Positions 17,196 to 26,328 are shown, counted from the first letter of the stretch. The stretch: 53,322 nucleotides of DNA from an uncultured Methanosarcinales archaeon (GCA_964611745.1 CAZTBE010000004.1:1-53322); one strand, 5' to 3'. Translations and numbers: made by a program. Notes: generated from the letters alone by a model not told the origin.

Positions 17196-19883
17196 CTACT
17201 CAATCAAAATTGCAACTTTGCCGGGCATTGCCTGCTTTGCTTTTTGTTCATCACTTTTCCCATCAATAATCTCAACATCACACTTAAACTCATCCTTAAA
17301 ACTATCCAATGAACTTTTCAATGCTTCTGCTTCTTTTTTCCTGTCAACAACAACCTTTGGCAGTTTAGTCTCATCTTTCACCAGTCTGGGAACAATTTTC
17401 GAAATCACCTTGATATAAATGTCTAAATCACTTTTAGCAAAACCTTTTATTATCTCTCCAACATTTCTGGTTTTTTCTAGTCCTTTCTTTAGCTTCCTGA
17501 TAAAATCATACTTCCATGCCTCAGCAACAAAAATCCTTATCCTGCTTGGCTTCTCTATCTTCGCAAGTCCAATAACAGAATAAATGTCTTTTTTCGTAGT
17601 TTCCAAAACTTCTTCTAAAGCCTCTGCTTCTTTGTCTATTTTGCTTTCATCATAGCCTGGCCACTTTTGCAGAGAAGCAAAACCTTTGCATTTTATCATG
17701 ATCCACAACTCTTCAGAAATATGCGGAATAAAAGGATTCAGCAGTAATATAAGATTTTTTACACACTCACCAAACACTTTCTTATTGCCGTTATATTTGG
17801 AAAGTTCATTTACAAGCTCCATTATTTTCCCGATAGCCAGATTATACTTGAAATTTTCAATATTCTCAGTAACATTTTTTATTGTAGAATGCATCTTGCT
17901 CAAAACAAATTTGTCTTTTTCATTCAATTTGTCCTTGCCATAACCCTCTAATGAGAGATGCATAAGATTGTCATTAACTAAATTATAGATCCTATTCAAA
18001 AACCTGAATGCTCCATTTACACCTTTATCATTCCATTCTAACTCTTTTTCTGGCATAGCTGCAAAAAGTATAAACAATCTGCCAGTATCAGGGCCGTATT
18101 TCTCTGTTATCTCAGAAGGATCAACTACATTCCCTAAACTTTTGCTCATCTTTGCCCCATCTTTAATGACCATGCCTTGAGTCATAAGCCTGGAAAAAGG
18201 CTCATCAACTGTTACTAAACCCAAATCCCTCAATGCTTTTGTAAAAAACCTTGCATATAATAAATGCAATATAGCATGCTCTATGCCCCCTATATACTGG
18301 TCAACAGGCATCCAATAATTTGCAATTTTTTTGTCAAATGGAAGCTTGGTTTCTCTAGGGCTGCAATACCTTAAGAAATACCATGAACTGTCAACAAAAG
18401 TGTCCATTGTATCTGTTTCTCTGCGAGCCTTACCTTTACATTCAGGACATTTTGCTTCAATAAATTTCTTAGAGGTCTCTAAAGGATTTCCAGAACCTGT
18501 AAACTTAACATTCTTTGGGAGTTTAACTGGCAATTTCTCATATGGCACAGGAACAACACCACATTTATCGCAGTAAATCATTGGAATTGGTGTCCCCCAA
18601 TAACGCTGCCTGGAAATTAACCAGTCCCTTAATTTATACTGCACAGTCCTTTTTCCAATCTTTCCTTTTTCCATCCATTTTGATATTGGTTCAATAGCCT
18701 CCCTATTATTCATACCAGAAAACCTCCCGGAATCAAACAAGATTCCATCTTCTACAAATGCACGGCTTGCTTTGCTTGCATCAATCTTGCTTCCATCCTC
18801 TGAAATGACAAATTTTAACGGAATTTTATATTTCCTTGCAAACTCAAAATCCCTTTGATCATGGGCATCAGCCATGACAATTCCGGTTCCATACTCAGTT
18901 ATAACAAAATTTGCAAGATAAATTGGAATTTCTTCACCATTAACAGGGTTTATTGCATACTTTCCCAAAAAGCAGCCAATCTTGTCTTTGCCTTCCGGAG
19001 TTGTCCTTTCTGCTATTGATTGCTTTTTTATCTTCTTTATTGTTTCCAAGACTTCTTTTTCATATTTTGTCCCTTTAATCCATTCTAAAACCAAAGGATG
19101 CTCAGGAGCAACAACAATAAACGTTACACTATAGACTGTATCTGGCCTAGTTGTAAAAGTTGGAATTACCTTTCCGGAATCTTTTAGTTTAAAGAAAATC
19201 TCAGTACCATAGCTTTTCCCAATCCAATTGCGTTGCATTGTCTTAACTCTTTCAGGCCAATGCTCTAATTTATCCAAGTCCTCAAGTAATTGATCAGTAT
19301 ATTTTGTTATCCTGAAGAACCATTGCTCTAATTCTTTTTCACAAACATCATTCTTGCATCTCCAACACTTTCCATCCTCAACCTGCTCATTAGCCAGAAC
19401 AGTATTGCAGGAACTACACCAATTTACAACAGAATTTTTTCTATAAGCAAGCCCTTCTTCATAAAATTTCAAGAAGATCCACTGGTTCCATTTGTAATAA
19501 TCTTCTGTACAGCTTTGTATCTGCCTTGACCAGTCATAACTAAATCCTAAACTTTTTTGTTGTTTTTTAATTTTATCAATATTGTCCAAAGTCCACTTTT
19601 CCGGATCAACCTTATTTTGTATTGCGGCATTCTCAGCAGGCAGCCCAAAAGCATCATAACCCATTGGGTAAAGAACATTAAATCCTTTCATTCTCTTGTA
19701 CCTTGCAAGAGCATCCCCTAAAGAATAATTCCTCAAATGCCCCATATGGAGTGATGAGGAAGGATAAGGATACATCTCCAGGCAGTAGAATTTCTTCTTT
19801 TTCTTATCTTCTTTAACTATAAATATCTTTTTCTCTTCCCACTTCTTCTGCCATTTCTTGGATATTTTATTAAAGTCTACCAT
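17196..19883 (-). CDS. leuS: Leucine--tRNA ligase (bacterial-like sequence type)
   Basis: The HIGH motif is HMGHLRNY and the KMSKS motif is [10 protein letters not shown]. The N-terminal ~230 aa closely parallel bacterial LeuRS (PYPSxxLHMGH, [15 protein letters not shown], Wx[10 protein letters not shown]). Confidence 0.95.
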   Translation of the reverse strand: MVDFNKISKKWQKKWEEKKIFIVKEDKKKKKFYCLEMYPYPSSSLHMGHLRNYSLGDALARYKRMKGFNVLYPMGYDAFGLPAENAAIQNKVDPEKWTLDNIDKIKKQQKSLGFSYDWSRQIQSCTEDYYKWNQWIFLKFYEEGLAYRKNSVVNWCSSCNTVLANEQVEDGKCWRCKNDVCEKELEQWFFRITKYTDQLLEDLDKLEHWPERVKTMQRNWIGKSYGTEIFFKLKDSGKVIPTFTTRPDTVYSVTFIVVAPEHPLVLEWIKGTKYEKEVLETIKKIKKQSIAERTTPEGKDKIGCFLGKYAINPVNGEEIPIYLANFVITEYGTGIVMADAHDQRDFEFARKYKIPLKFVISEDGSKIDASKASRAFVEDGILFDSGRFSGMNNREAIEPISKWMEKGKIGKRTVQYKLRDWLISRQRYWGTPIPMIYCDKCGVVPVPYEKLPVKLPKNVKFTGSGNPLETSKKFIEAKCPECKGKARRETDTMDTFVDSSWYFLRYCSPRETKLPFDKKIANYWMPVDQYIGGIEHAILHLLYARFFTKALRDLGLVTVDEPFSRLMTQGMVIKDGAKMSKSLGNVVDPSEITEKYGPDTGRLFILFAAMPEKELEWNDKGVNGAFRFLNRIYNLVNDNLMHLSLEGYGKDKLNEKDKFVLSKMHSTIKNVTENIENFKYNLAIGKIMELVNELSKYNGNKKVFGECVKNLILLLNPFIPHISEELWIMIKCKGFASLQKWPGYDESKIDKEAEALEEVLETTKKDIYSVIGLAKIEKPSRIRIFVAEAWKYDFIRKLKKGLEKTRNVGEIIKGFAKSDLDIYIKVISKIVPRLVKDETKLPKVVVDRKKEAEALKSSLDSFKDEFKCDVEIIDGKSDEQKAKQAMPGKVAILIE

Positions 19884-19922
19884 AGTACTTTAAAAACAAG
19901 AATTATTTAAATTGTTTATGGT

Positions 19923-20120
19923 TTAGAACTTCTTAAACTGCGCCAAAGTGTCTATCAGATCAACATGCCCCAAGAATATTGCTCTGCAGCAGTATCTTTC
20001 TAAGCCTAATTCATCTAAAGCTTTTTTCTTCTCTTCCCCTTTCTCAAGTTTTTCCTGGAATTGCTCCCATAAATGGCCTATTGGTTTGTTACAGCTCCAA
20101 CATCTTACTGGAATAATCAT
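19923..20120 (-). CDS. rpoN: DNA-directed RNA polymerase subunit N (Rpo10/RpoN)
   Basis: This 65-aa protein reads MIIPVRCWSCNKPIG...RYCCR, a zinc-binding Rpb10 fold. Confidence 0.9.
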   Translation of the reverse strand: MIIPVRCWSCNKPIGHLWEQFQEKLEKGEEKKKALDELGLERYCCRAIFLGHVDLIDTLAQFKKF

Positions 20121-20148
20121 TTTTTATTCACCCGTTTAGTATTTGTTT

Positions 20149-20550
20149 TCAACGATAACTTTTCTGTCTTTTTGCACGAGCTTGCCCATGCCTGTTTGGT
20201 TTTGATGATTCTTTAAATCTTGAATCTGCAACTAAGAGGTTCCTGTCATAATTCAAAAAATCTTCTTTTAACTTATCGTTTTTTGAAAATTCTACAAGAC
20301 TTTTTGCAATAGCCAGCCGGGATGCGTCTGCCTGGCTGGAAATCCCGCCACCGCAAACATTCACTTTAATATTTACTTTATTTATTAGGTCTCCTGCAAT
20401 TATTAGTGGTTCCATTAATTTCAACCTTGAAAGTTCTGGCTCATAAAAATCCAGAATAATATTATTCACCTTTACAATGCCTTTTCCAGATCTTATTGTA
20501 GCTCTTGCTATTGCTCTTTTTCTCTTTCCTGCAGCAGTTACTATTTTCAT
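20149..20550 (-). CDS. rps9: 30S ribosomal protein uS9
   Basis: The C-terminal KPNRHGQARAKRQKSYR signature is present, and the gene holds its expected position in the archaeal cluster. Confidence 0.95.
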   Translation of the reverse strand: MKIVTAAGKRKRAIARATIRSGKGIVKVNNIILDFYEPELSRLKLMEPLIIAGDLINKVNIKVNVCGGGISSQADASRLAIAKSLVEFSKNDKLKEDFLNYDRNLLVADSRFKESSKPNRHGQARAKRQKSYR

Positions 20551-20972
20551 ATCTTAGCTCCAATATGTTTACAAATTTCTTTTATTGTAATATATTTTAG
20601 ATTTGGAATTTTTTCAACATTAGCGCTTTTTATAATATCAATCTTTTGATTTTTCAGGTTCTCAGGAATCCCAATATGGCACTTTATATTATCAAATGCA
20701 GTTCTTCCTCTTTCTTTTTTATAAGGCAACATCCCCCTTATAGCTCTTTTAACAAATCTGTCAGGCATCCTGCGGGTAAAAGGTCCTTTAGCAGGTATAC
20801 CCATTTTTAATTTAGTATCATAATCTTCAAAGATTCTGTCTCTATCACCAGTCATAACACAGCTTTCACAATTAACAATATCTATCTTTTCCCCTAACAA
20901 TGCGTTTTTAGCTACATAAGTCCCTAATCTTCCTAATATCAAGTTGTTTGCATCGATTATCATCTTAACCAA
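20547..20972 (-). CDS. rpl13: 50S ribosomal protein uL13
   Basis: LGRLGTYVAKNALLGEKIDIVN and GMLPYKKERGR are typical uL13 sequences. The gene overlaps rps9 by 4 nt. Confidence 0.95.
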   Translation of the reverse strand: MVKMIIDANNLILGRLGTYVAKNALLGEKIDIVNCESCVMTGDRDRIFEDYDTKLKMGIPAKGPFTRRMPDRFVKRAIRGMLPYKKERGRTAFDNIKCHIGIPENLKNQKIDIIKSANVEKIPNLKYITIKEICKHIGAKI

Positions 20973-21327
20973 TTACTCTAATTTTTTTCCCATTAGGTTT
21001 TTCCTTACTTAGATCCAATAAAGGAACTATTTCTGCTCCAGACCTCTCTATCTTATCCTTTGCCTGATCTGAAAATTGATAAGCAGATATAGTAAGTTTA
21101 TGATTCAGCATACCACTGCCCAAAACTTTGCCTGGAACAATTATAATCTCATTTTCTTTTGTGTATCTGCTTATTCTGGATAAATTTACAACTCTCCTGT
21201 TCCTGGTAGGCCTTTCCAAATCCAAAGCAATCCTTTTCCATAAGTTTACAGACTGCTCATTACTTCTTTTCTTCAACTCCATAATTAAATCCCTAAGCAA
21301 TGGATTTGTAGTGCCTGTTCGTTTCAT
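20965..21327 (-). CDS. rpl18e: 50S ribosomal protein eL18 (L18e)
   Basis: TNPLLRDLIMELKK...WKRIALDLERPTRNRRVVNL is the eL18 pattern, and cluster synteny agrees. Confidence 0.85.
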   Translation of the reverse strand: MKRTGTTNPLLRDLIMELKKRSNEQSVNLWKRIALDLERPTRNRRVVNLSRISRYTKENEIIIVPGKVLGSGMLNHKLTISAYQFSDQAKDKIERSGAEIVPLLDLSKEKPNGKKIRVIG

Positions 21328-21361
21328 TTTTTATGATTATTATTTTATAATTTTAGCCAGA

Positions 21362-22156
21362 TTATTTGAGCGCTTTTACTGTTTCATTAAATTCATCAAA
21401 AGTTTCATCAAAAATTTTCAAAGCCTGGTTTAAAATCTCTTTGCAGCTTAACTGCCCCCAGGATTCCATGTAAAAAATAATATCATTATCGTATTTGACC
21501 TTGACTTCTCCATTTGATACTTCCTCTACAACACCTGCAAGGTCATACTTAAACAGATTATCCTTAATAACTTCAAGCTTTCCATTTTTTATCTCAAAAA
21601 TATTTCCATGAGTTTTTTCCACAACCTCTTCAGGGTTCTTTACATTCCCTACCTCTATTATTGGCTTGTGCTTGTAATATGCAAGGCATGGACTCCATTT
21701 AGCATGCTCCTTTCCCTTGCCTAAAACAGCAGTAGCTTCTAATTCCAAAGACTGGCCTTTTAGCAATTTTACAATGGGCATTTTTGGATTAACTGGTTTT
21801 ACTGCAGAATCCTTGCTTTTAAGTTCAGAAGCATAAATTATTCCAGATCCCTTTGATGCCTTTAGAGTAAGTTTAAGCTGACATCTTGCACAACCTTCGC
21901 CTTTACATTTGCATTTTTCAGGTAAATTGTATGATTTTAAATCTGTTGTTAAGGATACCAAGCCTAATCTGTGTGCTACCATCTCATCATACATAATGGA
22001 ATTGTTTTTCCTAAACTCTACATCTTCAATAGCCATGACAGGTACTTCATCTACCATAATCCTCCTTAATGTATTTGCAAAAGCAGGTGTCGCATCCTTA
22101 ATAATAAATGAAACTTTTCCTTCTTCCTTATTATTTGACAAAACTCTTATTTCCAT
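21362..22156 (-). CDS. rpoD: DNA-directed RNA polymerase subunit D (Rpo3)
   Basis: The N-terminal FANTLRRIMVDEVPVMAIEDVEF motif and the cysteine cluster CKCKGEGCARCQ are present, and cluster synteny agrees. Confidence 0.9.
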   Translation of the reverse strand: MEIRVLSNNKEEGKVSFIIKDATPAFANTLRRIMVDEVPVMAIEDVEFRKNNSIMYDEMVAHRLGLVSLTTDLKSYNLPEKCKCKGEGCARCQLKLTLKASKGSGIIYASELKSKDSAVKPVNPKMPIVKLLKGQSLELEATAVLGKGKEHAKWSPCLAYYKHKPIIEVGNVKNPEEVVEKTHGNIFEIKNGKLEVIKDNLFKYDLAGVVEEVSNGEVKVKYDNDIIFYMESWGQLSCKEILNQALKIFDETFDEFNETVKALK

Positions 22157-22169
22157 TTTAGCACCTCAC

Positions 22170-22559
22170 TTATACTCTCCTTCCTCGCCTTCCTCCCTTC
22201 TTACGACAGCCATCGTGCGGCAGAGGAGTAACATCTTCTATTAAACCAATTCTTAAACCCATTCTTGATAATGCCCTTATAGCAGCCTGTGCTCCGGGTC
22301 CAGGTCCAGTAGAATCATTATGTCCACCAGGCGCCCTTATCTTAACATGAATTGAATTTATTCCTTTTTCTATAGCTCCTTCAGCAGCCCTCTTAGCAGC
22401 AATCATTGCTGCAGTTGGAGAACTTTCCATCCTGTCGCTCTTAACAACCATTCCCCCAGATGCTTTGCTTATTGTTTCTGTTCCAGTAATATCTGTTATA
22501 TGGATTATAGTATTGTTATATGATGCATAAATATGCGCAATTCCCCATCTTTCTGCCAT
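22170..22559 (-). CDS. rps11: 30S ribosomal protein uS11
   Basis: [19 protein letters not shown] and the C-terminal [18 protein letters not shown] are typical uS11 sequences. The start is set at MAERWG (ATG 22559-22557), 1 nt after the rps4 stop. The longer ORF start at 22574 is possible. Confidence 0.9.
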   Translation of the reverse strand: MAERWGIAHIYASYNNTIIHITDITGTETISKASGGMVVKSDRMESSPTAAMIAAKRAAEGAIEKGINSIHVKIRAPGGHNDSTGPGPGAQAAIRALSRMGLRIGLIEDVTPLPHDGCRKKGGRRGRRV

Positions 22560-22560
22560 T

Positions 22561-23310
22561 TTATTTCTTCTCAACCTCTGCTTTCTTTGTTTTCTGCTTT
22601 TTCGCTTCTTTTTTGTCCTTTTGCTTTTTCAAATCATGAGTAGTTGGAACTTTAGTCTCTTCTTTTTCTTCAACAACTTTCTTAGTCTTTTCTACTACTT
22701 TTTCATCAGCATCCTCTGCTTTTGTTTCTTTTTTCTTTAATTCTGCTTTATCCTTTTCTGCCTTTTCTTTGGATTTTTTCTCTGCTGTTTTCTTTTTTTG
22801 CACCAACCGTATAGCATGGCTTGCATTGGAAAGAATAGAGCCCTGAGAAAATTGTATACTGTTCTCCTCTCCTAATGGAACAAGATAGGATGGTGCTGTA
22901 ATTCTTTTTTCACCTAAAGATATATGTTCATGAACAATAAATTGACGGGCCTGTCTAAGGCTGCTGGCCAGGTTTTTCCTGTAAACTAAAGTTTCCAACC
23001 TCCTTTCCATAACATCTTTTAATGTTAAAGATAATACGTCTTCCAACTTTGCATCCTTGCCAGTTAAACCCAAAAATGAAAGTTTTGTCAAAAGTTGGTT
23101 CCTTTCTTTCTCTACCTGGGGGTTTTTAATAGTGACAAGATTTTTTGCTTGAGTGGTAAAATTCTTTAGAATTGAATTCATCTTCCATATTTCATATTTC
23201 CTGTTTAATCCATATTCTTTCAGCAGTTCCTGCTCTGCCAAAATTCTTTCTTTTTGCCATGGATGTGACGGTTTTGAAAATTTTTTTCTTTGTTTTTTAG
23301 GAGATCCCAT
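22561..23310 (-). CDS. rps4: 30S ribosomal protein uS4 with a ~75-aa Lys/Glu-rich C-terminal extension
   Basis: The uS4 N-terminus is [18 protein letters not shown] and an S4 RNA-binding domain is present ([27 protein letters not shown]). The C-terminal tail is [24 protein letters not shown]... Confidence 0.9.
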   Translation of the reverse strand: MGSPKKQRKKFSKPSHPWQKERILAEQELLKEYGLNRKYEIWKMNSILKNFTTQAKNLVTIKNPQVEKERNQLLTKLSFLGLTGKDAKLEDVLSLTLKDVMERRLETLVYRKNLASSLRQARQFIVHEHISLGEKRITAPSYLVPLGEENSIQFSQGSILSNASHAIRLVQKKKTAEKKSKEKAEKDKAELKKKETKAEDADEKVVEKTKKVVEEKEETKVPTTHDLKKQKDKKEAKKQKTKKAEVEKK

Positions 23311-23369
23311 TTTGATTTATTTTTTCATTATTTTTCTTTTTGATTTTATTTATTGTTATTTTTAATTGT

Positions 23370-23879
23370 TCAAACTTTATCTGGTTTTGCTGCTGCTTTT
23401 TTAGCTACTCCCAAAGATACCTTGCCTTTATTTTTTCTAAAATTTGATTTTGTTCTTTGTCCTCTAACAGGCAATCCTATACCATGCCTAACCCCTCTAT
23501 AAGACCGGATCTTTTTCATCCTCTTAATGTCGTTTTCTTCTGCAAAGGATAAATTTCCAGTAAAAAGGTGATAGTCTTTTCCATCTTCATAATTTTTTCT
23601 TCGGTTAAGCATCCAGTTAGGGACATTATACTTTGACAGGTTGTTCAAAATATCATCAAGCTTTTTAACTTGCCCATCATTTAAGTAACCGGCTTTAATC
23701 ATTTTATCAACGCCGGCAATATTACAGATTAGATTAGAAAACATGAAACTTACTCCTTTGATCTTTTTCAGCGCATTGCCTATGGCTTTATTTCCATCAA
23801 GATCTGTATTTGCGATTCTTACAAAGTACTTGAAATTATCCTTTTGCTCTTTACTTTCCTGAACTTTCTGTTCTGCCAT
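23370..23879 (-). CDS. rps13: 30S ribosomal protein uS13
   Basis: FKYFVRIANTDLDGNK, IRSYRGVRHGIGLPVRGQRT and a GAGGT Shine-Dalgarno-like element 8 nt upstream of the ATG support the call. Confidence 0.9.
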   Translation of the reverse strand: MAEQKVQESKEQKDNFKYFVRIANTDLDGNKAIGNALKKIKGVSFMFSNLICNIAGVDKMIKAGYLNDGQVKKLDDILNNLSKYNVPNWMLNRRKNYEDGKDYHLFTGNLSFAEENDIKRMKKIRSYRGVRHGIGLPVRGQRTKSNFRKNKGKVSLGVAKKAAAKPDKV

Positions 23880-23883
23880 GCTT

Positions 23884-24066
23884 AAAAACCTCTGGTTTTT
23901 GGCACACTAGAAAATGCATGCATTTTCGGTGTACGGGAAAACTTTGTTTTCCTAGTATCCTGAAAATTCATACTGAATTTTCATGATTTTAAAATCAAAC
24001 ATACTCACTTCGTTCGTAGCATCAAACAAACAATTAATGTTGTTGTTATATACCTGTTTGTTTGAT
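23884..24066. repeat. Cluster of perfect AT-rich palindromes/hairpins upstream of the rps13 operon
   Basis: Perfect stems lie at 23884-23900, 23910-23927, 23936-23952, 23961-23983 and 23984-23997. A 12-bp stem pairs 24021-24032 with 24055-24066. Confidence 0.45.
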
Positions 24067-24234
24067 ACAATAGCCGAGAATATAGCACTTAAAGCAACCC
24101 TAAAAGCGCTCTAAATTATGAACTCGGGCTTGATTTTTGTATTTAGAAAATGTGCCTGCTTTATAAACCTTACGATTGAATATTAATTGTTTTCTTATTA
24201 TTGTATGTATTTAAAATATAAGAAGTATATCCTT

Positions 24235-26154
24235 TTAATAATTAACCAAAATCTCTACATTTTTGCCAAAAATATTCTTTAAATCCTCAAATATTGGCTC
24301 CTTGATGAAAACCTTTGGAGGTATTTCAACTTTTGATAATGACTTTTCAAGCTCCTGCAAAGAACTTTTTTGTGTAGTTCCCAAACTCCCATTTTCTTTT
24401 ATCTTCGCTTTGCTTATCTCTTTCTCCTCATGGTCTGTATCATGGATTATAAAAGCCTCTTGCCCCAACAAAATAACCTCACCATACCTGTTGCCATGCT
24501 TTACTCTTATTTTTGTCCTTTCCAGCTCTCTTCCCCTTTTCCTCTGTAAATATTCAACTAGAAATTTTATGAATTCATTTGAATCTTTCTTTACCTTCTC
24601 TACTTCTACTCTGGTTAATTTTTTATCATCATAATCTTTTTTAGCTTTTAGTATTTCATTCAAAATCCGTAAAAACTTTGCTGGTATTTTTCCCTGGCTT
24701 ATGAGCTCATCCTCAAATACCTTAACAACTTCCTCATCCTCAACCTTTTCTATACCCTCTATACGCAAAACATCCCTGATTATAGTGACTATTGTCTCAT
24801 AAATCTTTATCATATCGTCTTCTTCTTTCATCTTCTCTATCTGCGTAAACAACCTTTTTATTCTTTTGAGGTATTTATCGCTCTCATTCAATAATTCATC
24901 AATCTCCTTTCCAGTTATTTCTTTTTTTTCACCATGCTCAATTGTTTTTCTTACGTCTATTACCTTTTCAAGTGTTTTTACAAACTTATCTTCCAGCAAT
25001 TTTTCTTTATGCACAAAAATTTCCCTCATTAAAGTTGCAGTTTCCTTTGGAGCGGGTGGTGGTACACCATGCAGCATCAAAGCAGCTTGAGAAGGAGTCA
25101 GAATTGCATAATAAATATCCTCCATTCCTATGTCCTTAAGCTTTAGCTCGACCCTCTTTAGCATTTGCTCTCCAGAGCCCATAAACATGTCAATAGCCTC
25201 TGGACTTGGCTTTATCTTTCCCATCTTAAGCAGCTGCTTCCACGCCATAAAAATACCCCTATCATAAAATGGAACACCATCCCTCAATAAAGTAAAAATT
25301 ATCGGATTAGCTTCCCTCAAGCTGTCCCAGAAATCTGTTAAAATATAAACCTGGATATTCAGTTTATTCTTTATCCCAGTTAACTCACCAGCTTCTATTC
25401 CCATTCCGATTATAATAGCCCTTAATTTATCTTTTAGCTCTGCCCTGGTCATCTTCTTAACATCTGTGTCATCTATTACGATCCAGACATCAATATCAGA
25501 GGTGGGTGTTGCTCTTCCCTGCACCAAACTGCCTGCAAGAACATAACTTACAATATATTTCTCAAATTTCTTAAGAACCATAGTCTTATGGACTTCAGCT
25601 ATTTTAACTGCAGCTAACATTCCCCTGTCAAAAATTGGTGCAGATAAAGATATTAACTGCAATAATTCAGATTTACCATCATAGCAATTTTGCCAAAGCT
25701 CAGATAAAATTACAGACTGAGGTATTAGATTCTTATCAATCTCTTGCGCAACATTAGTCATTATAGCAGTTAATTTATCTTTTAACTCATATTTTGACAT
25801 CTTCTTGCTGTCAGAATCATCTATCAGAACAAGAACATTTATCTTATCTTTATCCACAGGCTGCTTTTGATCTATAGGTTGCTTTTGGTCGCTGGGTTTT
25901 GGCGGCGGCAGTAAAGTCATTCCCATGATATATTTATCAAATTTTTCTAGAATCCTTTTCTGAAATTTCTCTAGTTTTGCCTTTATAGTTTTTAATTTTT
26001 CCTGCACCTCTTTAGGCAGTTTTTCCAAAGCCCTCTTTTCCTGTAAGGCAGCAGGATTTTCCTTTACTCCTGCATTCATAGAACTGCTTGCATCCTTAGT
26101 TTGAGCATTTTCTGCAGCACCTTTTTTCTCGATTTTTTTGGTTTTTTTAGTCAT
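24235..26154 (-). CDS. Large fusion protein: degenerate NTase repeat + Pol-beta-type nucleotidyltransferase + HEPN-like (RxxxxH) helical domain + C-terminal domain
   Basis: The NTase motif is GSLVQGRATPTSDIDVWIVIDD. An internal duplication carries INVLVLIDDSDSKKMSKYELKDKL in the first copy and DVWIVIDDTDVKKMTRAELKDKL in the second. RKTIEH gives an Rx4H motif. The start is set at MTKKTKK (ATG 26154), with a TATA-like box ~30 nt upstream. Confidence 0.5.
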   Translation of the reverse strand: MTKKTKKIEKKGAAENAQTKDASSSMNAGVKENPAALQEKRALEKLPKEVQEKLKTIKAKLEKFQKRILEKFDKYIMGMTLLPPPKPSDQKQPIDQKQPVDKDKINVLVLIDDSDSKKMSKYELKDKLTAIMTNVAQEIDKNLIPQSVILSELWQNCYDGKSELLQLISLSAPIFDRGMLAAVKIAEVHKTMVLKKFEKYIVSYVLAGSLVQGRATPTSDIDVWIVIDDTDVKKMTRAELKDKLRAIIIGMGIEAGELTGIKNKLNIQVYILTDFWDSLREANPIIFTLLRDGVPFYDRGIFMAWKQLLKMGKIKPSPEAIDMFMGSGEQMLKRVELKLKDIGMEDIYYAILTPSQAALMLHGVPPPAPKETATLMREIFVHKEKLLEDKFVKTLEKVIDVRKTIEHGEKKEITGKEIDELLNESDKYLKRIKRLFTQIEKMKEEDDMIKIYETIVTIIRDVLRIEGIEKVEDEEVVKVFEDELISQGKIPAKFLRILNEILKAKKDYDDKKLTRVEVEKVKKDSNEFIKFLVEYLQRKRGRELERTKIRVKHGNRYGEVILLGQEAFIIHDTDHEEKEISKAKIKENGSLGTTQKSSLQELEKSLSKVEIPPKVFIKEPIFEDLKNIFGKNVEILVNY

Positions 26155-26180
26155 TATGCAAATCTTTGTATTGCTTAATG

Positions 26181-26192
26181 GTATATAAAGGT
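26181..26192 (-). promoter_or_regulatory. TATA-box-like element for the NTase-HEPN gene
   Basis: The minus strand reads CCTTTATATACC, ending ~27 nt upstream of ATG 26154. This implies a short or absent leader. Confidence 0.4.
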
Positions 26193-26215
26193 TTTGATAT
26201 CTTATATTGTTTAGA

Positions 26216-26307
26216 TTTTCAAAACATTTAAACAGCGGAAAAGTTTGCATTAGCAAACTTTTCGAGCTTAAATGTCTTGAAAACCTCACGTTTTCAAAAC
26301 ATTTAAA
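26216..26307. promoter_or_regulatory. Operator-like repeat set in a divergent promoter region
   Basis: TTTTCAAAACATTTAAA occurs at 26216-26232 and 26291-26307. An inverted copy with one mismatch lies at 26268-26283. A perfect 11-bp hairpin lies at 26238-26263. Confidence 0.45.
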
Positions 26308-26328
26308 TATGATTATTAAAGGGATATA

